Below are positions 43,507-52,931 of a stretch of 64,000 nucleotides of DNA, piece after piece. Position 1 is the stretch's first letter, and the number at the start of each line of letters is the position of its first letter. This DNA is from Rhodocyclaceae bacterium (GTDB lineage Bacteria > Pseudomonadota > Gammaproteobacteria > Burkholderiales > Rhodocyclaceae): positions 12,135 to 76,134 of the forward strand of contig DATJJR010000011.1 in assembly GCA_035492055.1 (NCBI GenBank). The letters run 5' to 3'. Below the pieces are notes generated by a model. That model did not search any database. It was not told the DNA's origin and saw only the letters and a list, made by a program, of their open reading frames with translations. A program made the position numbers and the translations under genes.

Positions 43507-43690
43507 TTTTCCCCTGCCGTGTTCGCCAAGGCCATATATTCCTTGAGCCAATACGCATGGCGTCAGGTTGTCGACCTTTAAAGCTGCTGTTGTGAGCGCC
43601 CCTCGCTGGGCGCACCTGATGCGGCCGGTAGGCAACCGCTCTGAACTTCAGGTTCAGGATGCCGGTCTAGCGGCATGTGCGGGGGAACCC
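43507..43690 (+). ncRNA. ssrS: 6S RNA
   Basis: Immediately downstream of zapA, as in E. coli. Blocks resemble E. coli 6S (GTTCGCC...CCTTGAGCCAATAC...GGTTCAGG...GCGGCATGTGCGGGGGAA). The 5' TTCCCCTGC can pair with the 3' GCGGGGGAA as a closing stem. Ends are approximate. Confidence 0.7.
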
Positions 43691-43699
43691 AATGCAGTG

Positions 43700-43743
43700 A
43701 CAAACGGCGATCAGCACAAAACTGATCGCCGTTTGTTTTTGGG
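43700..43743 (+). terminator. intrinsic terminator after 6S RNA
   Basis: CAAACGGCGATCAG / CTGATCGCCGTTTG forms a perfect 14-bp stem with a 7-nt loop, followed by TTTTT. Confidence 0.85.
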
Positions 43744-43766
43744 TTGGTGGGCCACTCGGTCGCGCG

Positions 43767-44447
43767 TCACTCTCCGTTACCGCCGGCCGACAGCACACCG
43801 TCGATCGCCACCAGTCGACAACGGATGGCCTCGAATTCACGGTCGGACACTTTCGAAAATTCGATCAAGACTTCGTCTGTATCCGGCGCGCTATCCGCCT
43901 GCTGCACCACGAATTTTTTCACACGCGAACTGCCTGGCCCCAGTGCCGATTCAAGTGCATGCAATGTCATTGCGCCGCGGCGCACGACGAGGCTCAGTTC
44001 GCGACGCTGGCGTACGGCGAAATATCGGCGCTCAATCGGCTTGAGGCCGGCGAGGATGATCAGGATGATCACTGTCGCCGCCGTTGCGGCAACATACAAA
44101 CCACTGCCGGCAGCCAACCCGACTGCAGCGACCGACCACAAGCTCGCTGCCGTTGTCAGACCGCGAATAATTTCGCCGCGCAAGAGGATTGAGCCCGCGC
44201 CCAGAAAGCCAATACCGGAGACAACCTGCGCCGCAATCCGAGAAGGATCGAGTACAACATTCGGTGTACCGAGAATATCGGCAAAACCGAATGTGGACAC
44301 AATCATGATCAGCGCCGAGCCGACGCAAACAAGCATGTGCGTCCGCAAGCCGGCTGCCCATGACAAACGCTCTCGCTCGAAACCGATCACGCCACCCAGC
44401 AGCGCAGCCAGCGCCAAGCGCGAAATCAATTCTGCATCACCAATCAT
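43767..44447 (-). CDS. MgtC/SapB family membrane protein
   Basis: 226 aa; N-terminus RLALAALLGGVIGFERE is typical of MgtC. Confidence 0.85.
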   Translation of the reverse strand: MIGDAELISRLALAALLGGVIGFERERLSWAAGLRTHMLVCVGSALIMIVSTFGFADILGTPNVVLDPSRIAAQVVSGIGFLGAGSILLRGEIIRGLTTAASLWSVAAVGLAAGSGLYVAATAATVIILIILAGLKPIERRYFAVRQRRELSLVVRRGAMTLHALESALGPGSSRVKKFVVQQADSAPDTDEVLIEFSKVSDREFEAIRCRLVAIDGVLSAGGNGE

Positions 44448-44552
44448 TTTTTACCTCCTTGTCATTGCTTAATCAGCGTTGCCAAATACGACAGGTATAA
44501 AACAACGAGTCCCTCGCGGCGTTATCATCCAACATCGTTCACAACGGTGACC

Positions 44553-45026
44553 ATGATGCGCTACTGGCTGATGAAATCAGAACCCTCTGTCGTCGGTATC
44601 GACGACGTCTTGAAAATGCCGAACCAGACAGTTGACTGGTGGGGCGTACGTAATTATCAGGCACGCAATTTCATGCGTGACCAGATGGCTGTTGGCGACG
44701 GGGTTTTCTTCTATCACTCTTCCTGCCCGGAGCCCGGCATTGCGGGTATCGCACGCGTGGCAAAGAAAGCCTATCCTGATCGCCTGCAATTCGATCCGAA
44801 GAGCGAATACTTCGATCCAAAGTCGACACCTGAAAATCCGCGCTGGATGAATGTCGACGTGCAGATCGTGAAGAAAACGCGCCTTGTGCATCTGGACGAA
44901 TTACGTGCACATCCGGAACTGGAAAACATGCGTACGCTTCAGAAGGGCAACCGCCTTTCGATCACGCCAATCGATCCAGCCGAATGGAAATTCATCTGTG
45001 CAAAGCTACTCGGTGAAAAACCTTAA
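44553..45026 (+). CDS. EVE (PUA-like) domain protein
   Basis: M(M)RYWLMKSEP...WWGVRNYQARNFMRD..GDGVFFYHS is the canonical EVE N-terminus. The start may be 44547, 44553 or 44556. Confidence 0.85.
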   Translation: MMRYWLMKSEPSVVGIDDVLKMPNQTVDWWGVRNYQARNFMRDQMAVGDGVFFYHSSCPEPGIAGIARVAKKAYPDRLQFDPKSEYFDPKSTPENPRWMNVDVQIVKKTRLVHLDELRAHPELENMRTLQKGNRLSITPIDPAEWKFICAKLLGEKP

Positions 45027-45200
45027 GGAAACGACTTAGAAATAATTTGTAAATCCCGGAATCTTTTTACCGGAACCCCTGTCGATCTTGAAGCGCTAGT
45101 TTGAAACGCTAGTGGCCGCTCAACCCACACGGTTGAAAAGCACAACAAGAAGTTCCGCCTGTGCGTACACGCGCACTGAACAGAAACCAAGGGAGACGCC

Positions 45201-46385
45201 ATGCTGCAACCCATCTGGGGCGATATCGCCATTCCGTTTACGTTGTTGCTGGCCTGGCTGCTGGGCGAACTGGGACGCCGCACATTGGGTATCTCGCGCA
45301 TTACCAGTTATGGCTTTGTCGGCATCATCATCGCCATCATTCTGCGCGTAAGCCAATCGTTCTTTCAGGTCGACGATTTGTGGAGTCTCACACTGCTCGC
45401 ACAAATCGCATTCGGCTTGCTGCTCTTCGAACTCGGTTATCGCGTCAATCTTGGTTGGCCACGACGCAATCCGTGGCTGGCGTTATCGGCAGTGACAGAA
45501 GCCGTAGCGACATTCGTCGCGGTGTTCTTCGTCACGCGGTTCTTCGAATTCGATATCGTGTCATCGCTGCTCCTTGCCGCGCTGATTACCGCCACATCGC
45601 CACTGACCATATTGCCTGTCGTGAACGAGCTGCGCAGCAGCGGGCAAGTGACCGAGCGCACGCTGCACCTGTCCGCCATCAATTGCGTACTCGCCATCGT
45701 GGCCTTCAATGCCATTGTCGGCTATCGCGTGCTTGAGAATACAGGCACGCTGTTCAACGCAGTCTGGAACAGCTTCATCGTACTGCTTGTATCGGCCGGG
45801 CTTGGCATGTTGTTTGGTGTTGCCCTACCGCGCCTTCTGCGCATCGCACATGCGGATGAAAAGCAAAGCACGGTAGCGTTTGCACTTGGCATTACGGCAT
45901 TGACGCTCGTCACGCACTCGTTGCATTTCTCACCCATTCTCGCAACGCTAACGTTCGGTCTCACTGCACGCCATCATCGCGACGTCCGCCATCAAGCGCA
46001 GCCGAATTTTGGCTCGCTCGGCGACATGCTCATCATCGTCCTGTTTGTGCACATCGGCAGCCGGCTGCAACCTGAAGCGTTCGTCCCCGGTTTGTTACTT
46101 GCCGTCGCGCTTCTGGCAACACGTTACGCGGCGAAGAGCCTTGTAATGCTCATGTTTGCAAGAGTCTCCGGGCTATCGATAAGAAAAGCCCTGCTCACCG
46201 GCGTTGCGTTGTTGCCGACTGCAAGCTTCGGCATTCTGCTACTCGAACTGGCTGCACAACAGGGACTCGATTTTTCCGGCGCATTCGCCGTCATGGGTGG
46301 ATTACTGCTGGTCGTGGACATTCTCAGTCCCATGATCCTGCGTTACACACTGATTGCCGCAGGCGAAACCGGAAAGGGGGTTTGA
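45201..46385 (+). CDS. cation:proton antiporter (Na+/H+ exchanger family, membrane domain only)
   Basis: 394 aa with about 11-12 TM helices and CPA-like sequence. Confidence 0.8.
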   Translation: MLQPIWGDIAIPFTLLLAWLLGELGRRTLGISRITSYGFVGIIIAIILRVSQSFFQVDDLWSLTLLAQIAFGLLLFELGYRVNLGWPRRNPWLALSAVTEAVATFVAVFFVTRFFEFDIVSSLLLAALITATSPLTILPVVNELRSSGQVTERTLHLSAINCVLAIVAFNAIVGYRVLENTGTLFNAVWNSFIVLLVSAGLGMLFGVALPRLLRIAHADEKQSTVAFALGITALTLVTHSLHFSPILATLTFGLTARHHRDVRHQAQPNFGSLGDMLIIVLFVHIGSRLQPEAFVPGLLLAVALLATRYAAKSLVMLMFARVSGLSIRKALLTGVALLPTASFGILLLELAAQQGLDFSGAFAVMGGLLLVVDILSPMILRYTLIAAGETGKGV

Positions 46386-46386
46386 C

Positions 46387-47511
46387 ATGCCATTACAACC
46401 ATTCCAGCAGTCACAGGCATTGAGCATGGGTGTCGAGCTTGAGCTTCAGCTCATCGACCCGACCGGGCTCGATCTCACAAACACCGCGCCGGACCTGCTG
46501 CACTTGCTTGAGCGAAAGCCGTTTCCCGGCGATGTGAAACCGGAAATGACGGAAAGCATGATCGAGATATCAACCGACGTGCAAACAGACTACGACGGGC
46601 TTCTTGCGCAGTTGCGGGACATTCGAGATGTATTGGTTACCGCCGGTGACAAGCTCAATGTCCGCATCGCTGGCGGCGGTACGCACGCCTTTCAGCACTG
46701 GTCGGAACAAGCCATCGTCAACAAGCCTCGCTATCAGCAACTTTCCGATCTTTACGGTTATCTCGCCAAGCAGTTCACCGTGTTCGGTCAGCATGTACAC
46801 ATCGGCTGCGAATCGGCCAACAGTGCACTGTTTCTGCTTCACTCACTCAACCGCTATTTGCCGCATTTCATTGCGTTGTCTGCCTCTTCGCCCTACTTCC
46901 AGGGTGAGGACACGCTGTTCGATTCAGCGCGATTGAACTCGGTGTTTGCGTTTCCGTTGTCTGGTCGTGCGCCCTTCGTGCTCGACTGGGAAGTGTTCGA
47001 GAATGGTTACTTCCGCAAGATGGAAGCCACCGGCGTGGTATCGAGCATGAAGGATTTCTACTGGGACATCCGCCCCAAGCCTGAATTCGGCACCATCGAG
47101 CTACGTGTTTGTGACACGCCATTGACGGTAGAACGTGCGGCGGCACTGGCCTGCTATCTGCAGTCGCTATGCAGCTATCTGCTGACAAACGCCGATCCGG
47201 CGCCAAACGAAGACGACTATCTGGTCTACAACTTCAATCGCTTCCAAGCGTGTCGTTTCGGCCTTGACGGCATGGTCGTCGATCCACGCAACAATCGCAG
47301 CCTGTCCTTGCGCGAAGACATTTTGCAAACACTGGACAAAGTGCAATTGCATGCCGGCCGTCTTGGCTGCCGCGCGGCGCTTGACGATATCCGGCGCATT
47401 CTTGCCGAAGGCAATCACGCCAGCTTTCTGCGCCGCCGCTTCGCCGACTGTCGTAACGTCAAGGGCGTCGTCGATGCTGCAGTCCATGCTTTCCGAGGAG
47501 ATGCATCATGA
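46387..47511 (+). CDS. ybdK: YbdK-type carboxylate-amine ligase (GCS2 family)
   Basis: Start trimmed to MPLQPFQQSQALSMGVELELQL (ATG 46387, with AAGGGGG SD inside the end of the antiporter gene). Full-length YbdK-like sequence. Confidence 0.88.
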   Translation: MPLQPFQQSQALSMGVELELQLIDPTGLDLTNTAPDLLHLLERKPFPGDVKPEMTESMIEISTDVQTDYDGLLAQLRDIRDVLVTAGDKLNVRIAGGGTHAFQHWSEQAIVNKPRYQQLSDLYGYLAKQFTVFGQHVHIGCESANSALFLLHSLNRYLPHFIALSASSPYFQGEDTLFDSARLNSVFAFPLSGRAPFVLDWEVFENGYFRKMEATGVVSSMKDFYWDIRPKPEFGTIELRVCDTPLTVERAAALACYLQSLCSYLLTNADPAPNEDDYLVYNFNRFQACRFGLDGMVVDPRNNRSLSLREDILQTLDKVQLHAGRLGCRAALDDIRRILAEGNHASFLRRRFADCRNVKGVVDAAVHAFRGDAS

Positions 47512-48293
47512 TCGGACGTCGTCGCAAGCCACTCAAGATCGCGCTGTCGGCGCGCATCTTTCATCCGGAGCCGAACGCGCATGGCATCCGGACCAAGACG
47601 CTTCAGGTACTGGAGCAATCCGTTGCGCAATGGGTCATGGCACGCGACGTGATGCTGATGATGGTGCCTTCCGCCGTACGTGACGGCGAGCTCCTGCGCA
47701 GCAACATACGCTTGCGCGATTACGCCGAGAATCTCGATGGTCTCGTCTTGCAGGGCGGTGCGGACGTCAGCCCGCAGGCATACGGCGAACAACCGCTCGA
47801 TCCTGCCTGGGCCGGCGACCCTGTCCGCGATGCGTATGAGCTTGAACTCGTCCACGAATTCATCGAAGCAGGCAAGCCGATACTCGGCATCTGCCGCGGC
47901 ATGCAGTTGATGAACGTTGCGCTGGGTGGTTCGCTCTATCAGGATTTGCCGACCCAGCGTGCCGGCGATGTACGCCACGAAACCAGCGACTACGACCGCC
48001 ATGCACACACGGTGTCATTCACCGAGGATGGGCAGTTTCGTCGCTGGTTCGGCAATGTTGAAGGTGGCTTGGTCAGCTCCATTCATCATCAGGCAGTCAA
48101 CCGGATCGGCAAGGATCTCCGCATTGAAGCCACCAGTGCGGATGGTGTGGTTGAGGCTATCAGCGGAACTTCACGCAACTTTCTCTGCGGTGTGCAATGG
48201 CACCCGGAATTTCACTATCAGGGCGGTGTCGATTTTCTTGATTGCGTGCCCTTGCTCGAAGCATTTCTTGAGGCCGCAAGCAAAGCCCGCTGA
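47508..48293 (+). CDS. class I glutamine amidotransferase-like peptidase C26 (gamma-glutamyl hydrolase, PuuD-like)
   Basis: 261 aa with nucleophile motif GICRGMQL and SIHHQA. ATGA overlap with ybdK. Confidence 0.85.
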   Translation: MIGRRRKPLKIALSARIFHPEPNAHGIRTKTLQVLEQSVAQWVMARDVMLMMVPSAVRDGELLRSNIRLRDYAENLDGLVLQGGADVSPQAYGEQPLDPAWAGDPVRDAYELELVHEFIEAGKPILGICRGMQLMNVALGGSLYQDLPTQRAGDVRHETSDYDRHAHTVSFTEDGQFRRWFGNVEGGLVSSIHHQAVNRIGKDLRIEATSADGVVEAISGTSRNFLCGVQWHPEFHYQGGVDFLDCVPLLEAFLEAASKAR

Positions 48294-48977
48294 TTAAACG
48301 GGTCGCAAAACGGGCAGCAAATCAACAAAACTGTCGAGTGCAGCGTAGCGGGTGATTTCTCGCTGCGGCTGTTTCGTATCAGGACGGCGGATCGCACGCA
48401 GCTCGGCAATCCCATAGACACTTGCGGAATCAAGTACCGACAGTGTGTCGTCGACAAGCAAGGTGCGCGCAGGCTCGAACGACTGCACGGCACGCAGTGC
48501 ATCCCAGAAACGCACATCCTCCTTGGGCAAACCCAGTTCGTGCGACGTGATCATGGCGTCGAAATGCCCAGCCAGGCCGGTACGCAACATCTTGAGTTCA
48601 AGGCTCTTGCGATGCGCATTGGTGACGAGCAACACACGCTTGTCGGCCTCGCGTGCTGCGGCCAGAAATTCAAGCACGCCAGGGTGGATTGCGATCAAGT
48701 GCGCAACCTCTTCCTTCAGCGGCATCAAATCAAGTGCAAGCGCATCACTCCAGAAATCCACCGAGTACCAGGGCAGGGTGCCTTCGTGTGCCTTGAAACG
48801 CGCGCGCAATTCTTCGCGCACCAGTGCAACATCGCGCCCGTGATGTGCCGCATAGCGCATCGGCAGATGTTCTTGCCAGAAGTGATTGTCAAAGTGCAGA
48901 TCGAGCAGGGTGCCGTCCATGTCGAGCAGGACGGTATCGATGGCGGTCCAGTCGGGGCACATGTCAGTTGACGTCAA
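48294..48977 (-). CDS. HAD-family hydrolase, YrfG (GMP/IMP nucleotidase)-like
   Basis: 227 aa with HAD motif I LLDMDGTLLD and LVTNA. Confidence 0.75.
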   Translation of the reverse strand: MTSTDMCPDWTAIDTVLLDMDGTLLDLHFDNHFWQEHLPMRYAAHHGRDVALVREELRARFKAHEGTLPWYSVDFWSDALALDLMPLKEEVAHLIAIHPGVLEFLAAAREADKRVLLVTNAHRKSLELKMLRTGLAGHFDAMITSHELGLPKEDVRFWDALRAVQSFEPARTLLVDDTLSVLDSASVYGIAELRAIRRPDTKQPQREITRYAALDSFVDLLPVLRPV

Positions 48978-49873
48978 ACAACACCGTTCTTCCCAAACCA
49001 GTCGAGCATGCGTTGCCAGCCGTCCCGTGCTGCATCGACGCGATAACTCGGACGATAGTCGGCATTGAATGCGTGTGGCGCATCCGGATACACATGGATA
49101 TACGATTTTCCGCCGGCGGCTTTCAATCGCGCATTCATCGCATCGACGTCGGTCAACGGGATGCCTTGGTCTTGTCCGCCGTAAAGGCCGAGTACCGGCG
49201 CATGTAGATTGTCGGCAATATCAAAGGGGTGACGCGGTGTATTGGCCGTAACATCGCCCCGCAACTTTCCGTACCATGCCACGCCCGCCTTGATTGACGG
49301 ATTGTGATTGACGTAGAGCCAAACGATGCGGCCACCCCAGCAAAAGCCGGTAATGCCTATGCGCTTGACGTCGCCGCCGTTTGCGGTTGCCCATTTCGCA
49401 GTGGCATCAAGATCCGACAAGACTTGGGCGTCCGACACCTTGCTGACGATCTTGTCGAGAATTTCCGGCACCGTCGCCAGCGGTGCCGGGTCACCCTGCC
49501 GGGCGTAAAGATCGGGGGCAATCGCCAGGTAACCGCGCTTGGCAAGGCGTCGGCAGAGATCAGCGATATGTGCCGTGACGCCAAAGATTTCCTGCACAAC
49601 CAAAATGACGGGGAAATCTTTTCCTGACTTGCCTGATGCATCAGGCTGAGCGCGGTAGGCGCGAATCACGCCATCGGCAACCGGTACCTCGACGATGCCC
49701 GCCACAAGACCATCTGTACTCGTCTCGATCACGGTTTGTGCGGAAATCGGCTGCACGGCAAGCGCAAAGCCCGTGCCCAAGGCGCCGCCGAGCGCCGTCG
49801 TCACAAAGCCGCGACGACTGAGCTTGAGCTCGGGTCGCAGGCTCTTGAATTGGCTATCGAGATCATCGTGCAT
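48974..49873 (-). CDS. dienelactone hydrolase family protein, Tat-exported
   Basis: 299 aa with twin-arginine signal LSRRGFVTTALGGALG and nucleophile region GITGFCWGG. Confidence 0.85.
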   Translation of the reverse strand: MHDDLDSQFKSLRPELKLSRRGFVTTALGGALGTGFALAVQPISAQTVIETSTDGLVAGIVEVPVADGVIRAYRAQPDASGKSGKDFPVILVVQEIFGVTAHIADLCRRLAKRGYLAIAPDLYARQGDPAPLATVPEILDKIVSKVSDAQVLSDLDATAKWATANGGDVKRIGITGFCWGGRIVWLYVNHNPSIKAGVAWYGKLRGDVTANTPRHPFDIADNLHAPVLGLYGGQDQGIPLTDVDAMNARLKAAGGKSYIHVYPDAPHAFNADYRPSYRVDAARDGWQRMLDWFGKNGVV

Positions 49874-49883
49874 ACGCCGCTCC

Positions 49884-51332
49884 TTACATCAGGACAATGT
49901 CGTATTGCTCTTGCGTATAGCCCGGCTCAGCCTGCAACGAAACCGGACGCTTGATGAAGGCCGACAACTGACCCAGCGATTGCGATTCGTCATCAAGGAA
50001 AAGATCGATGACATCCTGCGTGGCGAGAATACGGAATTCGCGCGCTTCGAACTGACGCGACTCGCGCAGCAGCTCGCGCAGGATTTCATAGCAAACCGTG
50101 TGTGCCGTCTTCACTTCGCCGCGGCCGCCACAGGTCGGGCACACTTCGCACAACACGTGCGCCAGGGATTCACGCGTACGTTTGCGCGTCATCTCGACCA
50201 GACCGAGCTGCGTAAAGCCGGAAACGGTAATGCGCGTGTGATCCTTCGCCAGCGCCTTGTTCAGCTCGGCAAGCACCGCACCGCGGTGCTCTTCGGTATC
50301 CATGTCGATGAAATCGATGATGATGATGCCGCCGAGATTGCGCAGACGCAGTTGCCGTGCAATGGTCTGCGCAGCCTCAAGATTTGTCTTGAAAATTGTG
50401 TCGTCGAAATTGCGCGAACCCACATAGCCACCGGTATTCACGTCGATGGTCGTCATCGCCTCGGTCTGATCGATGATGAGATAACCACCGCTCTTGAGAT
50501 CGACACGACGTGCCAGGGCTTTCTGTATTTCGTCTTCGACGCTGTGCAGGTCGAACAGCGGCCGGGCGCCGGTGTAATGCTCCAGGCGATCAAACACCTG
50601 AGGCATGTATTCCTTGGCGAAGCCGGAAATCTTCATGAAGTTCTCACGCGAGTCGATCACCACGCGCGCCGTTTCCGGCGTCACCAGGTCACGCAGCACA
50701 CGCTGGGCGAGATTGAGATCGTGGTGCAGCAGGCTCGGCGGTTTTGCCTGGCCGGCACGATTCTGAATTTCGCCCCACAGGCGGCGCAAATAGGCGATGT
50801 CGGCACGCAGTTCTTCGTCGCTTGCGTTTTCAGCCATGGTACGGGCGATGTAGCCACCTTCCTCGCCCTCCGGCAACAAGGCCTGGATGCGGAGGCGCAA
50901 GGCTTCACGTTCGGATTCCTCAATCCGTTGCGAGATGCCAATGTGTTTTTCACGTGGCAGATAGACCAACAAGCGGCCGGCAATCGACACTTGCGTCGAA
51001 AGTCGCGCACCTTTGGTGCCGATCGGGTCTTTCAGTGCCTGCACGACGAGGTGCTGCCCTTCCGACAAGATGCGTTCGATCGGTCGCCCTTCCGAGTTGC
51101 CATGTCGTTCTTCCCAGATATCGGCAACATGCAGGAATGCGGTACGTTCCAGACCGATTTCGACAAAGGCGGACTGCATGCCGGGCAACACGCGCACAAC
51201 CTTGCCCATGTAGATATTGCCGACGATGCCACGACTATGCGAGCGCTCAATGTGCAACTCCTGCACGACCCCTTGCTGCATCAGCGCGGCACGGGTTTCC
51301 TGCGGCGTGATGTTGATCAGATACTCGTCCAT
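49884..51332 (-). CDS. rng: ribonuclease G
   Basis: Start trimmed to MDEYLINITPQETRAAL. S1 domain plus RNase E/G catalytic domain (IIIDFIDM). Confidence 0.92.
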   Translation of the reverse strand: MDEYLINITPQETRAALMQQGVVQELHIERSHSRGIVGNIYMGKVVRVLPGMQSAFVEIGLERTAFLHVADIWEERHGNSEGRPIERILSEGQHLVVQALKDPIGTKGARLSTQVSIAGRLLVYLPREKHIGISQRIEESEREALRLRIQALLPEGEEGGYIARTMAENASDEELRADIAYLRRLWGEIQNRAGQAKPPSLLHHDLNLAQRVLRDLVTPETARVVIDSRENFMKISGFAKEYMPQVFDRLEHYTGARPLFDLHSVEDEIQKALARRVDLKSGGYLIIDQTEAMTTIDVNTGGYVGSRNFDDTIFKTNLEAAQTIARQLRLRNLGGIIIIDFIDMDTEEHRGAVLAELNKALAKDHTRITVSGFTQLGLVEMTRKRTRESLAHVLCEVCPTCGGRGEVKTAHTVCYEILRELLRESRQFEAREFRILATQDVIDLFLDDESQSLGQLSAFIKRPVSLQAEPGYTQEQYDIVLM

Positions 51333-51399
51333 CTTCGAACTCCTGAAATTTCTCACCACAAGGCACGACATGCCCTGACGTCAGAAATCTTTGGTGAAC

Positions 51400-52008
51400 T
51401 CAGATTGCAAAACCGAATTTTCGCAGCAACAAGGTCGTCGCGCACAATGGCAGCCCAACTACACCGGAATGCTCACCGCGCATTTCGGTCACAAACTTCG
51501 CGGCCGTACCCTGGATACCGTACGCACCCGCCTTGTCCATTGGCTCGCCGCTGTTCACATAGGTAAAAATCTCGCGCTCGTCGAGGTCACGGAAACGGAC
51601 TTCGCTGATATTGAGGCAATGTTCAGTACGATCTTGCCAAGCCACAACAACTGCCGTCAAGACACGGTGTGTGCGGCCGGAAAATGCGCGCAGCATGGCG
51701 ATGGCATCGTCTGCATCGGCGGGTTTTCCGTAGATTTTTCCGTCCAGTTCGACCGTCGTATCGGCCGACAGCACAGGCAACGGTGTGAGATGACGAACCC
51801 GAACCATGCGTTCGCCGAATTCAGCCTTGGCACGCGCCACACGCACAACGTAATCGTCGGCGACCTCATTCGGAAAAGGCGTTTCATCGACGGCTTCGTC
51901 GGCACGTTCGCCTGCGCGGAATAAAAGCAGGCTGAATGACACGCCGATCTGCGCAAGCAGTTCACGGCGGCGCGGGCTACGCGAGGCGAGATATAAACGG
52001 TTCTCCAT
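51400..52008 (-). CDS. maf: Maf-like nucleoside triphosphate pyrophosphatase
   Basis: 202 aa; LYLASRSPRRRELL...GAYGIQG. Confidence 0.9.
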   Translation of the reverse strand: MENRLYLASRSPRRRELLAQIGVSFSLLLFRAGERADEAVDETPFPNEVADDYVVRVARAKAEFGERMVRVRHLTPLPVLSADTTVELDGKIYGKPADADDAIAMLRAFSGRTHRVLTAVVVAWQDRTEHCLNISEVRFRDLDEREIFTYVNSGEPMDKAGAYGIQGTAAKFVTEMRGEHSGVVGLPLCATTLLLRKFGFAI

Positions 52009-52054
52009 GCGACGTGTTCCGAGTCTTTACGCAAGCATACCTTGCGCGGGAAAC

Positions 52055-52525
52055 CTATTCACGATGATAAGGATGGCCTTTATGCAGGCTGACGGAACGG
52101 TATAGCGCCTCGACAAGCAGCACGCGGACCATTGCATGCGGCAGCGTAAGGCCGGAGATGCGATAACGCTCGTCGGCTTCCGCCTTCAGTTCAGGCGCCA
52201 GGCCATCGGGGCCGCCGATGATGAAGGCGACATCCTCACCACCGCCCATCCATTCGCCAAGCTTTTGCGCCCAGAGTTTTGTGGTCGCTTCGGCGCCACG
52301 TTCATCCAGAATGATTTTGCGGCAACGCGCCGGCAATGCCGCACGGATGCGTTGCGCTTCCGCAGCCATCATGGCTTCGACGGTCTTGCCTGTCGTGCGC
52401 GGCTCAGCCTTGATCTCTCGCAATTCAATGGGACATTCGCGCGGCATGCGCTTGGAAAAATCCTCGAACGCTTCATTCACCCAATCGGGCATGCGTGTAC
52501 CGACGGCGAGAATGAGCAGCTTCAC
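52055..52525 (-). CDS. rlmH: 23S rRNA (pseudouridine1915-N3)-methyltransferase
   Basis: 156 aa SPOUT protein, [15 protein letters not shown]...HPYHRE. Confidence 0.93.
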   Translation of the reverse strand: MKLLILAVGTRMPDWVNEAFEDFSKRMPRECPIELREIKAEPRTTGKTVEAMMAAEAQRIRAALPARCRKIILDERGAEATTKLWAQKLGEWMGGGEDVAFIIGGPDGLAPELKAEADERYRISGLTLPHAMVRVLLVEALYRSVSLHKGHPYHRE

Positions 52526-52564
52526 AGCATCGCCTCAATGTTGGGGCGACGCTGCGAGCGCGAC

Positions 52565-52927
52565 TCAGTCGGCATCTTCGCCCGGCGCTGCCTTCGGCTT
52601 AGAGGGCTTGGCCTGCCAGAGCTCTTCGAGGTTGTAGTGCGCCCGGATCGCAGGCTGCATGACGTGCACGACGATGCTGCCCAGGTCGACAAGTACCCAT
52701 TCGCCGCTTTCTTCGCCTTCCATGCTGATCACGTGGCCGCCGGCTTCCTTGACCTTGTCGTGGACACTACGTGCCAATGACTTGACCTGGCGATTCGAAT
52801 CGCCGCTGGCGACGATGATGCGGTCGAACATCGCCGTGAGCTTGGTGGTATTGATGACTTCGATGTCACGGCCTTTGATGTCTTCAAGGGCATCGACAGC
52901 GAGCTTTTCCAGTTTTTTTACGTCCAT
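52565..52927 (-). CDS. rsfS: ribosome silencing factor
   Basis: Start trimmed to MDVKKLEKLAVDALEDIKGRDI. RsfS/IojAP-like sequence. Confidence 0.9.
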   Translation of the reverse strand: MDVKKLEKLAVDALEDIKGRDIEVINTTKLTAMFDRIIVASGDSNRQVKSLARSVHDKVKEAGGHVISMEGEESGEWVLVDLGSIVVHVMQPAIRAHYNLEELWQAKPSKPKAAPGEDAD

Positions 52928-52931
52928 GCGT

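Noticed and set aside
43072-43635. 187-aa minus-strand ORF spanning zapA and the 6S region
   Set aside because: zapA and 6S RNA explain the region on the plus strand. The ORF has no SD or motifs.
49695-51566. 623-aa plus-strand ORF
   Set aside because: Antisense to the dienelactone hydrolase and rng genes, with no motifs.
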